Part shown: piece by piece, positions 29,295-37,180 of the stretch | How the letters are laid out: the number at the start of each line of letters is the position of its first letter | Position numbering within the stretch: position 1 is the first letter of the stretch | Source: an uncultured Solirubrobacteraceae bacterium | GTDB lineage: Bacteria > Actinomycetota > Thermoleophilia > Solirubrobacterales > Solirubrobacteraceae | Length of the DNA: 41,826 nucleotides | Direction of reading: 5' to 3' | Assembly (NCBI GenBank): GCA_964588985.1 | Contig: CAZPQW010000027.1 | Coordinates: forward strand, 1 to 41,826 | The notes under the pieces: generated by a model | What the model was told of the DNA's origin: nothing | Seen by the model: the letters and a program-made list of their open reading frames with translations, nothing else | Database searches by the model: none | Made by a program: the position numbers and the translations under genes

Positions 29295-30329
29295 ATGAGA
29301 GCAGTCACCTTCCAAGCCCCCGGCGAGGTCAGCGTCGAGGAGCGCCCAGAGCCGGAGCTGCTCGACCCCGCCGACGCGATCGTGCGGATCGAGGCGACCG
29401 GCGTGTGCGGCTCGGACCTGCACATCTTCCACGGCCGGGTTCAGATCGAACCGGGCTTCACGATCGGCCACGAGTACGTCGGCACGGTCACCGCGGTCGG
29501 CGACGCGGTCACGCGCGTGGCGGTCGGCGACCGCGTGCTCGGCTGCTTCCAGACCGCGTGCGGCGTCTGCTGGTTCTGCCGTCGCGGCCTCTACCAGCGC
29601 TGCGAGCAGTCGCGCACATTCGGCCACGGCGCGACGCTCGGCTCGCTGCAGGGAACCCAGGCGGAGATGGCGCTCGTGCCGCACGCCGACCTCGTGCTGA
29701 GACGCGTCCCGGAGGGCATGAGCAGCGACGTCGCGCTGTTCGCGGGCGACGTGATGGGCACGGGCTTCCACGCGGTCGACGCCAGCGGCATGCGCCCCGG
29801 CGACGTGGTCGCGGTGCTCGGCCTCGGTCCTGTCGGCCTGTGCGCCGTGCAGGCCGCCCGCGCGTGCGGCGCCGCGCACGTGCTCGCGATCGACTCCGTC
29901 CCAGAGCGCCTGCAGGTCGCAGCCGCGTTCGGCGCCGAGCCCGTCCACCTCGGTGAGCAGGACGCCCGCGCGCTCGTGCGCGCCGCCACGGACGGCCGTG
30001 GCGTGGACGTGTGCATCGACGCGGTCGGCGACCCGAAGGTGCTCGAGAGCGCCATCCGCCTCACGCGCGCGTGCGGGTCGATCCAGTGCATCGGCGTGTA
30101 CGCAGAGCGGGCCGAGGTGCACATGGGCCTGCTGTGGCTGAAGGCGATCACACTGCGCGGCGGGCACGCCAACGTGCTCGGCCACGTCGACCGCGTGCTC
30201 GCGATGATGGACGCGGGCGTGCTCGACCCGACGGCGCTCGTAACGCACCACATGAAGCTCGACCAGGCGCCGGAGGCCTACGCGATCTACGATCGCCGCG
30301 AGGCGCTGAAGATCGTCCTCACGCCCTGA
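29295..30329 (+). CDS. Zinc-dependent alcohol dehydrogenase (MDR superfamily)
   Basis: CGSDLH, GHEYVG, CGVCWFC...C, GLGPVG. Confidence 0.94.
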   Translation: MRAVTFQAPGEVSVEERPEPELLDPADAIVRIEATGVCGSDLHIFHGRVQIEPGFTIGHEYVGTVTAVGDAVTRVAVGDRVLGCFQTACGVCWFCRRGLYQRCEQSRTFGHGATLGSLQGTQAEMALVPHADLVLRRVPEGMSSDVALFAGDVMGTGFHAVDASGMRPGDVVAVLGLGPVGLCAVQAARACGAAHVLAIDSVPERLQVAAAFGAEPVHLGEQDARALVRAATDGRGVDVCIDAVGDPKVLESAIRLTRACGSIQCIGVYAERAEVHMGLLWLKAITLRGGHANVLGHVDRVLAMMDAGVLDPTALVTHHMKLDQAPEAYAIYDRREALKIVLTP

Positions 30330-30398
30330 GCGCTCGACCGCGGCGACGCGCTCGCCGGGTGGCGCGGGAGGAGGGTGAGCGGCGTATGGTGAACGGTC

Positions 30399-31214
30399 GT
30401 GCGCTCCCTCTCGGCGCTGATGCTTCTGCTGCCGCTCGTGGCGCCGCTCGCGGTCGCGCCAGCGCCGCCAACGACGCGCCCCACCCAGCCGCAGCTGTAC
30501 CGGATCGTCGGCTGCCGTAGCCACGGCACGCTCGCCTACCTGCACGGGCCGAATCGTCGTGAGGTCGCGATCGGCTTCGACGACGGGCCGGCGCCCGACA
30601 CGGGCGCGTTCCTGACGATGCTCGAGCGCAGCCGCGCGCAGGCGACGTTCTTCATGATCGGCAGGCAGCTCGGCGAGAGCTACGGGCCGACGCTGCTTCG
30701 TGAGCTGCGCGACGGCGACGTGCTCGGCGATCACACGTTCAGCCATCCCGACCTCACGCGCAGCCATGAAGTCCGCTCCCAGCTGCTGCGCACGCTCGGC
30801 GCCATCCGCTCCCTGAGCGGCTACACGCCGTGCGTGTTCCGACCCCCGTATGGGACCTATGACGCCTCGGTGGTGCGGACGGCGCGCAGCCTCGGCCTGG
30901 CCACGATCCTGTGGAACGTAGATCCCGCCGACTACACGCAGCCGGGTGTCGGCGCGATCGCGCAGCGCGTGCTCGCGCAGGTGCGACCCGGCTCGATCCT
31001 GATCTCCCACGACGGCGGCGGTCCGCGTGGTCAGACGCTGGCGGCCTATCCGCGGGTCATCGCCTCGCTGCGAGCGCGCGGCTATCGGATCGTCACGATC
31101 CCCGAGATGCTCGGCTTTCACCCGGTCTACGTGCCCTGCATCCGTCTGTGCGACGGCATCGGCGTGAGGCGCTCCGCGATGCCGCGGGACGCGATCGTCG
31201 AACGGGCGCCGTAG
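30399..31214 (+). CDS. Secreted polysaccharide deacetylase (CE4/NodB)
   Basis: FDDGP, HTFSH, FRPPYG, WNVDPADY, SHDGGG; signal peptide. Confidence 0.92.
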   Translation: MRSLSALMLLLPLVAPLAVAPAPPTTRPTQPQLYRIVGCRSHGTLAYLHGPNRREVAIGFDDGPAPDTGAFLTMLERSRAQATFFMIGRQLGESYGPTLLRELRDGDVLGDHTFSHPDLTRSHEVRSQLLRTLGAIRSLSGYTPCVFRPPYGTYDASVVRTARSLGLATILWNVDPADYTQPGVGAIAQRVLAQVRPGSILISHDGGGPRGQTLAAYPRVIASLRARGYRIVTIPEMLGFHPVYVPCIRLCDGIGVRRSAMPRDAIVERAP

Positions 31215-31243
31215 CCGCTCGGACTCTCGAGAGAGGGGAGCAG

Positions 31244-31339
31244 TGCGCCCGGAGGGAATCGAACCCTCGGCCTGCGGCTTGAAAGACCGCTGCTCTTTGG
31301 CTCCCCGAAGAGAACCGTTGACCACTGAGCTACGGGCGC
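31244..31339 (-). tRNA. Atypical 96-nt tRNA, anticodon UUC (nominally Glu), with a hairpin inserted in the D-loop
   Basis: Reverse complement GCGCCCG TA GCTC AGTGGTCAAC-GGTTCTC TTCG GGGAGCC-AAA GAGC A GCGGT CTTTCAA GCCGC AGGCC GAGGG TTCGATT CCCTC CGGGCGC A; all four arms pair. Confidence 0.85.
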
Positions 31340-31495
31340 GCGTTATGGATGTCTATCGACTCTATCGGCCGAACGCGCACCTTATCTAAGCAAGGCCGTT
31401 GCTTGCACCGCGATCACCGTGTCGGCCAAGCGGCCGATCGTTTCCGACTGAGGCGCCTTCGGCGACCCAGAATCCCAGTGGGTGCGGCATGAGCG

Positions 31496-31549
31496 GAATG
31501 TCATACACGAATGTTAAGTTGACATTCTGCGTAAAACGTGATTTATATG
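31496..31549 (+). promoter_or_regulatory. Candidate sigma70-type promoter with overlapping palindromic operator
   Basis: Perfect TTGACA at 31519-31524 inside GAATGTTAA-G-TTGACATTC (31509-31527). AT-rich, imperfect -10 region (TTTATAT) starting at 31542. Confidence 0.5.
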
Positions 31550-31559
31550 TCCTCAGCGG

Positions 31560-31845
31560 GAATGGCTCCCGACCATCTGGAGCGCTTTTTCAACCGGATG
31601 GGACGACAGTGCAAAGGGGACTGGAAGGTCTGATGACGGGCTTTAGGTCAAGCAAGATGCGAGACCAGCAGCACGACACACGCGGTGCCTGTGCGATTTA
31701 TCGCACAGGATTCAGTGTCGTACCTGCGGCTGGGTCATTTGGAAAGAACTCGAGCGCTCCGGTTGTCCAGTTTGGACAACCGCCGATGCTCGGATCCATG
31801 CCTCGCGGCGGGTGCCGCGCTGGCCAAGGAATGGGGATGGAGGAC
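31560..31845 (+). ncRNA. Putative structured RNA / long 5' leader (family not recognised)
   Basis: Four successive stem-loops: 31573-31601, 31665-31733 (inner perfect 10-bp stem 31688-31709), 31751-31792 (inner perfect 10-bp stem 31760-31782) and 31804-31819. Strand inferred from the upstream promoter. Confidence 0.45.
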
Positions 31846-31847
31846 CT

Positions 31848-32045
31848 ATGGAAATGAGAGTGTTCGATTGCCACGAGCAACGGATGCTGCGTGGCCTGCA
31901 CGGCCGTTGGCCGTATCGCCGCTCACACTGCCGCCACGACCTGCACTGGCTGGTGCGGGTGCAGGCGCATCAGAGCTGGTGCGCGAGCCCACGCACGCAC
32001 TCCATGTCCGGCCTGCGCGTCCACAGCCGCCGGCCGTCTCGATAG
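31848..32045 (+). CDS. Small His/Arg/Cys-rich hypothetical protein (65 aa)
   Basis: GGAGG at 31839-31843 before ATG 31848 (alternative ATG 31854); most codons end in G/C as in host genes; stop lies 28 bp before the convergent hydrolase stop. Confidence 0.5.
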   Translation: MEMRVFDCHEQRMLRGLHGRWPYRRSHCRHDLHWLVRVQAHQSWCASPRTHSMSGLRVHSRRPSR

Positions 32046-32073
32046 CCGGCGAGTCTTCGGAGAGGGGAGAGCC

Positions 32074-33018
32074 CTACCCCTGCAGGCCCGACAGCGACGA
32101 GGGGCGCTGGGCCTGCGGGGGGAGGTGCTCGTCGTCGGGAGCGTCCGCCCGGCGCGCCTGCTCGACGATCGCGTCGATCAGGCGCGGCCAGATCGCGCGC
32201 GGGAGGTCGTGTCCCATGCCCTCGATGGTCATCAGCTGCGCGCCGGGTATCGCCTTGGCGGTCGCGCGCCCGCCCGAGGGGCTCACCAGCGGGTCGTCGG
32301 TGCCGTGGACGACGAGCGTCGGGATCGCGATCCGCCGCAGGTCGGCCGTACGGTCGCCGGACGCGATGATCGCGGCGAGCTGACGTCCCGGCCCCTGCGG
32401 ATCGCGATCGCGGTCGAAGCTGATCGCGGCCAGCTCGCGAAGGTCCTCGAGATCCTGGGGCAGGCCCCGGGAGCCGATCGCCGTGAACAGGCGCTCCATG
32501 TGCGCGATGAAGGCCTCGCGCTCATGCGGCGGACGGCGTAGGAACACCGAGTAGATGCGCAACGACGGCTGTCCGCTGAGGCGGGCGCCCGTGTTGGACA
32601 TGATCGACACCAGCGAGCGGACCAGGCTCGGGTGGTTGGCCGCGAGCGTCTGGGCGATCATCCCTCCCATCGACGCGCCGATCACGTGCGCGGGCGCGAG
32701 GTCCAGCTCACGCAGCAGCCCCGCGGCGTCGTCGGCCATGTCGGTGAGCGTGTAGCGGGCCGCGCGCTTGGAGCGCAGCAGCAGCTGCAGGATCGTCGGG
32801 GGCGAGCCGGTCATGTGCGTGGAGCGCCCGATGTCGCGGTTGTCGAAGCGCACCACGTGCAGACCGTGGCCGGCGAGCTCGCGGCAGAAGTCCTCGTGCC
32901 AAGCGACCATCTGGGTGCCGAGGCCCATCACCAGCAGGGCCGTCGGATCCGACGGCTCGCCGAAGGTCTCGTAGCAGAGCGTCACGCCCCGCCCGACGTC
33001 GCAGAACTGTTCAGACAC
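32074..33018 (-). CDS. Alpha/beta fold hydrolase
   Basis: LLVMGLG, RFDNRDIG, GASMGG nucleophile elbow, HGTDDPLV, GMGHD. Confidence 0.93.
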   Translation of the reverse strand: MSEQFCDVGRGVTLCYETFGEPSDPTALLVMGLGTQMVAWHEDFCRELAGHGLHVVRFDNRDIGRSTHMTGSPPTILQLLLRSKRAARYTLTDMADDAAGLLRELDLAPAHVIGASMGGMIAQTLAANHPSLVRSLVSIMSNTGARLSGQPSLRIYSVFLRRPPHEREAFIAHMERLFTAIGSRGLPQDLEDLRELAAISFDRDRDPQGPGRQLAAIIASGDRTADLRRIAIPTLVVHGTDDPLVSPSGGRATAKAIPGAQLMTIEGMGHDLPRAIWPRLIDAIVEQARRADAPDDEHLPPQAQRPSSLSGLQG

Positions 33019-33059
33019 GATCGTCCGATGCTAGCGGCCGGCGACTGTAGGATCGAGCG

Positions 33060-35084
33060 ATGACACCCACCGACCAAGCCGAGATCCAGAAGCTATCGAT
33101 CGACACGATCCGCGGCCTGTCGATGGACGCGGTGCAGAAGGCCAACGCGGGACACCCCGGGACAGCGATGGCGCTCGCGCCGCTGGGATACGTGCTCTTC
33201 AACCGCGTGCTGCGCGCGAACCCCGCCAGCACCGAGTGGCGCGACCGCGACCGCTTCGTGCTCAGCGCGGGCCACGCGTGCGTGCTGCAGTACTCGCTGC
33301 TGCATCTCACCGGCTACGGGGTCGGGCTCGAGGATCTCCAGCAGTTCCGCCAGTGGGGCTCGCTCACCCCGGGTCACCCCGAGCGCGGCCACACGCCCGG
33401 GGTGGAGGTGACCACGGGCCCGCTCGGGCAGGGATTCGGAAACGCGGTCGGGATGGCGATGGCCGAGCGCTTCCTCGCCGACCGCTACAACCGCCCCGGC
33501 CGCGAGATCGTCGACCACCACGTGTACGCGATCTGCTCCGACGGCGACATGATGGAGGGGATCAGCCAGGAAGCCGCCTCGATCGCGGGCCACTTCGGTC
33601 TCGGCAAGCTGGTCGTCTGCTACGACGACAACCACATCACGATCGACGGCAGCACGTCGATCTCCTTCGACGGCGAGAACCACACCGACAGGCTCGAGGC
33701 CGACGGCTGGCACGTTCAGCGCGTGTCCGACTCCGAGGACGTGGAGGCGCTGCACGCGGCGATCCTCGCGGGGCGCGAGGAAACCGAGCGCCCGTCGTTC
33801 ATCGCGATCCGCTCGCACATCGGCTACCCCGCACCGAACGCGACCGACACCTCGAAGGCGCACGGCGCGCCGCTCGGCGAGGCGGAGGTGCGCGCGACGA
33901 AGGAGGTCATGGGCTTCGGCCCCGACCGCAGCTTCTGGGTCGACGACGCCGTCTACGAGCACATGTCGCTGAAGCAGCGCGGCGCGGACGCCGAGAGCGC
34001 ATGGCGGGAGCGCTACGAGCGCTGGCGCGGGGCGTTTCCCGACATGGCCGAGGACTGGGATCGCGCGTGGGCGGGTGAGTTGCGAGCCGGCTGGCGCGAG
34101 GCGCTCGCGACGTTCGAGACGGGCGAGAAGATCGCGACACGCGCGGCCGGGCAGAAGGTGATGGCCTCCTTCTCGGAGTTCGCGCCCACGATGATGGGGG
34201 GCGCGGCGGACCTCGTCGAGTCGACCAAGACCGTGTTCGACGGCGCCGGCCAGTTCTCGAAGGTCCACGCGGGGCGCAACGTGCCGTTCGGCATCCGCGA
34301 GCACGCGATGGGAGCGATCGTCAACGGCGCGGCCGCGCACGGCGGGATCGTCAAGCCCTACGGCTCGACGTTCCTGATCTTCTCCGACTACATGCGTGGG
34401 TCCGTGCGCCTGTCGGCGCTGATGGAGCTGCCGGTGCTGTGGGTGTGGACGCACGACTCGGTGGCGGTCGGCGAGGACGGCCCGACTCACCAGCCGATCG
34501 AGCACTACGCGTCCCTGCGCGCGATCCCGCACCTGTGGGTGATCCGCCCGGGCGACGCGAACGAGACCTCGGTGGCGTGGCGCGTGGCGCTCGAACGCGC
34601 GGACGGCCCGGTCGCGCTGCTGCTCTCGCGCCAGAACATCGAGACGCTCGACCGCACGAAGTACGCGGCGGCGGACGGTCTCGAGCGTGGCGGCTACACG
34701 CTGTGGGACTCGCACGCCGACTCCGCGCCCGAGCTGATCCTGATCGCGACCGGCGCCGAGGTCGGCGAGACGCTCGCCGCGGCGGAGACGCTAGCGGCGG
34801 AGGGCACACATGTGCGCGTCGTTGCGATGCCGTGCATGGAGCTGTTCGAAGCGCAGCCGCAGGAGTACCGCGACGAGGTTCTGCCGCGCGCCGTCCGCGC
34901 GCGTCTGGCGGTCGAGCCGGGAGCGAGCATGAGCTGGTGGAAGTGGGTCGGCAGCGACGGCGACGTGCTCGGCATCGACCGCTTCGGAGCCTCTGCACCG
35001 GGTAATACCGTTCTCAAGGAACTGGGCTTCACCGCCGAGAACATCGCAACCCGCGCGCGCGCGGTGCTCGAGTCAAGACCCTAA
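33060..35084 (+). CDS. tkt: Transketolase
   Basis: [34 protein letters not shown] motif, [23 protein letters not shown]. Confidence 0.98.
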   Translation: MTPTDQAEIQKLSIDTIRGLSMDAVQKANAGHPGTAMALAPLGYVLFNRVLRANPASTEWRDRDRFVLSAGHACVLQYSLLHLTGYGVGLEDLQQFRQWGSLTPGHPERGHTPGVEVTTGPLGQGFGNAVGMAMAERFLADRYNRPGREIVDHHVYAICSDGDMMEGISQEAASIAGHFGLGKLVVCYDDNHITIDGSTSISFDGENHTDRLEADGWHVQRVSDSEDVEALHAAILAGREETERPSFIAIRSHIGYPAPNATDTSKAHGAPLGEAEVRATKEVMGFGPDRSFWVDDAVYEHMSLKQRGADAESAWRERYERWRGAFPDMAEDWDRAWAGELRAGWREALATFETGEKIATRAAGQKVMASFSEFAPTMMGGAADLVESTKTVFDGAGQFSKVHAGRNVPFGIREHAMGAIVNGAAAHGGIVKPYGSTFLIFSDYMRGSVRLSALMELPVLWVWTHDSVAVGEDGPTHQPIEHYASLRAIPHLWVIRPGDANETSVAWRVALERADGPVALLLSRQNIETLDRTKYAAADGLERGGYTLWDSHADSAPELILIATGAEVGETLAAAETLAAEGTHVRVVAMPCMELFEAQPQEYRDEVLPRAVRARLAVEPGASMSWWKWVGSDGDVLGIDRFGASAPGNTVLKELGFTAENIATRARAVLESRP

Positions 35085-35097
35085 GGAGACCAAACAC

Positions 35098-36213
35098 ATG
35101 TCCGCCGACGCACTCCAGCCCCTGCAAAGCCTCTCGGCCCTCGGGCAGAGCGTGTGGGTCGACTACCTCTCGCGCGACTCGATCCGCGGCGGTCACCTGC
35201 AGGAGCTGATCGACGACTACGCGGTCGTCGGCGCGACGTCCAACCCCACGATCTTCCAGAAGGCGATGAGCGCCGGCAGCGCCTACGACGAGCAGGTGCA
35301 GGAGCTGGCGAGCGAAGGCAGCGACGTGGAGCAGACGTTCTGGACGCTGGCGCAGCAGGACATCGCGGAGGCGTGCGACGTGTTCCGCCCGGTGTGGGAG
35401 CGCAGCGCCAAGCGCGACGGATATGTCTCGCTCGAGGTCGACCCGCGCCTGGCATACGACACGCTCCAGACCTTCCGCGAGGCGATCCGAATCCACGAGA
35501 CGGTCGACCGCGAGAACCTGATGGTGAAGATCCCCGCCACCAAGCCCGGGCTCGCGGCGATCGAGGACGTGATCTCCAAGGGCCGCTCGATCAACGTCAC
35601 GCTGATCTTCTCCCTGCAGCGCTACCGCGAGGTGGCGGAGTCCTACGTGCGCGGCCTCGAGCGGCTGATCGCCGAGGGCGGAGACCCCAGCCGCGTGGCG
35701 TCGGTCGCGAGCTTCTTCATCTCGCGGATCGACACCGAGGGGGACAAACGCCTCGATGCGATCGGCAGTCACGACGCCCTCAAGGGCAAGCTCGCGATCG
35801 CCAACGCAAAGCTCGCCTACAGCCACTACCGCGAGGTGTTCTCCGGGCCGCGCTGGGACTACCTCGCCGGCAAGGGCGCGGTGCCGCAGCGGGTGCTGTG
35901 GGCGTCGACGTCGACCAAGAACCCCGACTACGCGGACATCCTCTACGTGGAGGAGCTGCTCGGGCCGGACACCGTCAACACGATGCCCGAGGAGACGATC
36001 CTCGCCTACCAGGACCACGGCAGCCCGCAGCTGCGTCTAGAGGAGGGCCTCGACGACGCCGAGCGACTGCTGCGGGAACTGGCGCAGGCGGGCGTGGACT
36101 ACGACGACCTCACCGACACGCTCGAGCGTGAGGGCGTCGAAAAATTCGCCGAGTCCTTCGACGAGCTGCTGGGGGCGTTGAGCGCCAAGCGCGAGTCGCT
36201 CGCGCCTGCCTGA
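35098..36213 (+). CDS. tal: Transaldolase (actinobacterial long type)
   Basis: GATSNPTIF, VSLEVDP, MVKIPAT, INVTLIFS, ASFFISRID, LWASTSTK; AAGGAG RBS. Confidence 0.97.
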   Translation: MSADALQPLQSLSALGQSVWVDYLSRDSIRGGHLQELIDDYAVVGATSNPTIFQKAMSAGSAYDEQVQELASEGSDVEQTFWTLAQQDIAEACDVFRPVWERSAKRDGYVSLEVDPRLAYDTLQTFREAIRIHETVDRENLMVKIPATKPGLAAIEDVISKGRSINVTLIFSLQRYREVAESYVRGLERLIAEGGDPSRVASVASFFISRIDTEGDKRLDAIGSHDALKGKLAIANAKLAYSHYREVFSGPRWDYLAGKGAVPQRVLWASTSTKNPDYADILYVEELLGPDTVNTMPEETILAYQDHGSPQLRLEEGLDDAERLLRELAQAGVDYDDLTDTLEREGVEKFAESFDELLGALSAKRESLAPA

Positions 36214-36230
36214 GCAAAGAGCGTATCTCG

Positions 36231-36259
36231 TTGCAATCGTGATACATAATTGATACGCT
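36231..36259 (+). promoter_or_regulatory. Sigma70-type promoter for the toxin-antitoxin operon (probably leaderless transcript)
   Basis: TTGCAA (36231-36236), 17 bp, TACGCT (36254-36259); GTG start at 36266 with no Shine-Dalgarno; GTATC/GATAC inverted half-sites flank the -35. Confidence 0.6.
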
Positions 36260-36265
36260 GACCTT

Positions 36266-36625
36266 GTGTCATCCGCTGCTGTACTAGCTTCGCACCCACT
36301 CGTCCGAGAGGCGGTCTACCTACATGAGATCGCCAAACTGACCGACGCCGACATAGCTCGTGCGACGGGTGTAGCGCGCAGCACGGCGCGGGCCTGGCTC
36401 GCACATACGCGCTCTCCCACGGGTGAGAGGGCTGAGCGGCTGATCGAGCTTTCCGCCCTGGTCGAGCGACTCGCTCGTGTGATGGAGCCCTCCTATATCG
36501 CCGTATGGCTTCGCAAGCCGGTCCCGGCGCTTGCGGAGCACAAGCCGATCGATGTCATTGCAAGCGGCGATTACATGCGGGTGGCGGGGCTGGTCTCCGC
36601 CCTCGAAGAGTCCTCGTTTTCCTAG
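36266..36625 (+). CDS. Xre/MbcA/ParS-type antitoxin
   Basis: N-terminal HTH (DIARATGVARSTARAW); C-terminal WLRKPVPALAEHKPIDVI typical of the toxin-binding domain. Confidence 0.88.
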   Translation: MSSAAVLASHPLVREAVYLHEIAKLTDADIARATGVARSTARAWLAHTRSPTGERAERLIELSALVERLARVMEPSYIAVWLRKPVPALAEHKPIDVIASGDYMRVAGLVSALEESSFS

Positions 36626-36634
36626 TCGCCAGAC

Positions 36635-37162
36635 GTGGCTCCGGCGGTTCAGCGTGTGTCGGCTGCAGGTTCGTGGTGGCGGCATACACCCCATGGCGCA
36701 GACCCCCTGTGGCTGGCGACACCACCGTCCAGCGGCCGTTGGCAGCGTGGAGAAGCACTGGCTGCGATCTACCTTGCGGAGGACGAGCCCACCGCGTGGG
36801 CTGAGTGGTATCGGCTGCTCGCCGAGATCGCGCTGCCACCCACTCATGGCATGCCGCGAGATCTGTGGCGCTGGAAGATCGCGGTGAACGACATCGCCGA
36901 CCTCTCCACGGAGGCAAAGCTCGCGCGCTTCGACCTGCCGGCGCCCAAGCCCGGCCGAAGTACCTGGCCGCAGTTCCAGGACGCCGGCGAAACCCTGCAC
37001 GACAAGGGCTATCGCGGCGTCCTCTATCCAAGTGCCGCGCGACCAGGCCACCAGGCTCTGTGCCTGTTTCGCGACAGTGTTCTCATACCTGGCGCCGATC
37101 CGGTGCGGCCGCCTACCACTCATCGGGACCCGCCGCCGCCTCCGGTCGGGCTGCGAACCTGA
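36635..37162 (+). CDS. RES domain toxin (putative NAD+-degrading enzyme)
   Basis: R (WWRH), GRW, IYLAEDEPTAWAE (E), GVLYPSAA (S); directly follows the antitoxin. Confidence 0.88.
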   Translation: MAPAVQRVSAAGSWWRHTPHGADPLWLATPPSSGRWQRGEALAAIYLAEDEPTAWAEWYRLLAEIALPPTHGMPRDLWRWKIAVNDIADLSTEAKLARFDLPAPKPGRSTWPQFQDAGETLHDKGYRGVLYPSAARPGHQALCLFRDSVLIPGADPVRPPTTHRDPPPPPVGLRT

Positions 37163-37180
37163 ACACGTGGCGCGCCGCCG

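Noticed and set aside
28788-31325. 845-aa minus-strand ORF
   Set aside because: Antisense shadow of three well-supported plus-strand genes, starting inside the tRNA; Arg/Ala-rich with no motifs.
31399-31857. 152-aa ORF spanning the structured region
   Set aside because: Atypical codon usage, no motif, and it crosses the putative promoter. A shorter leader-ORF version is not fully excluded.
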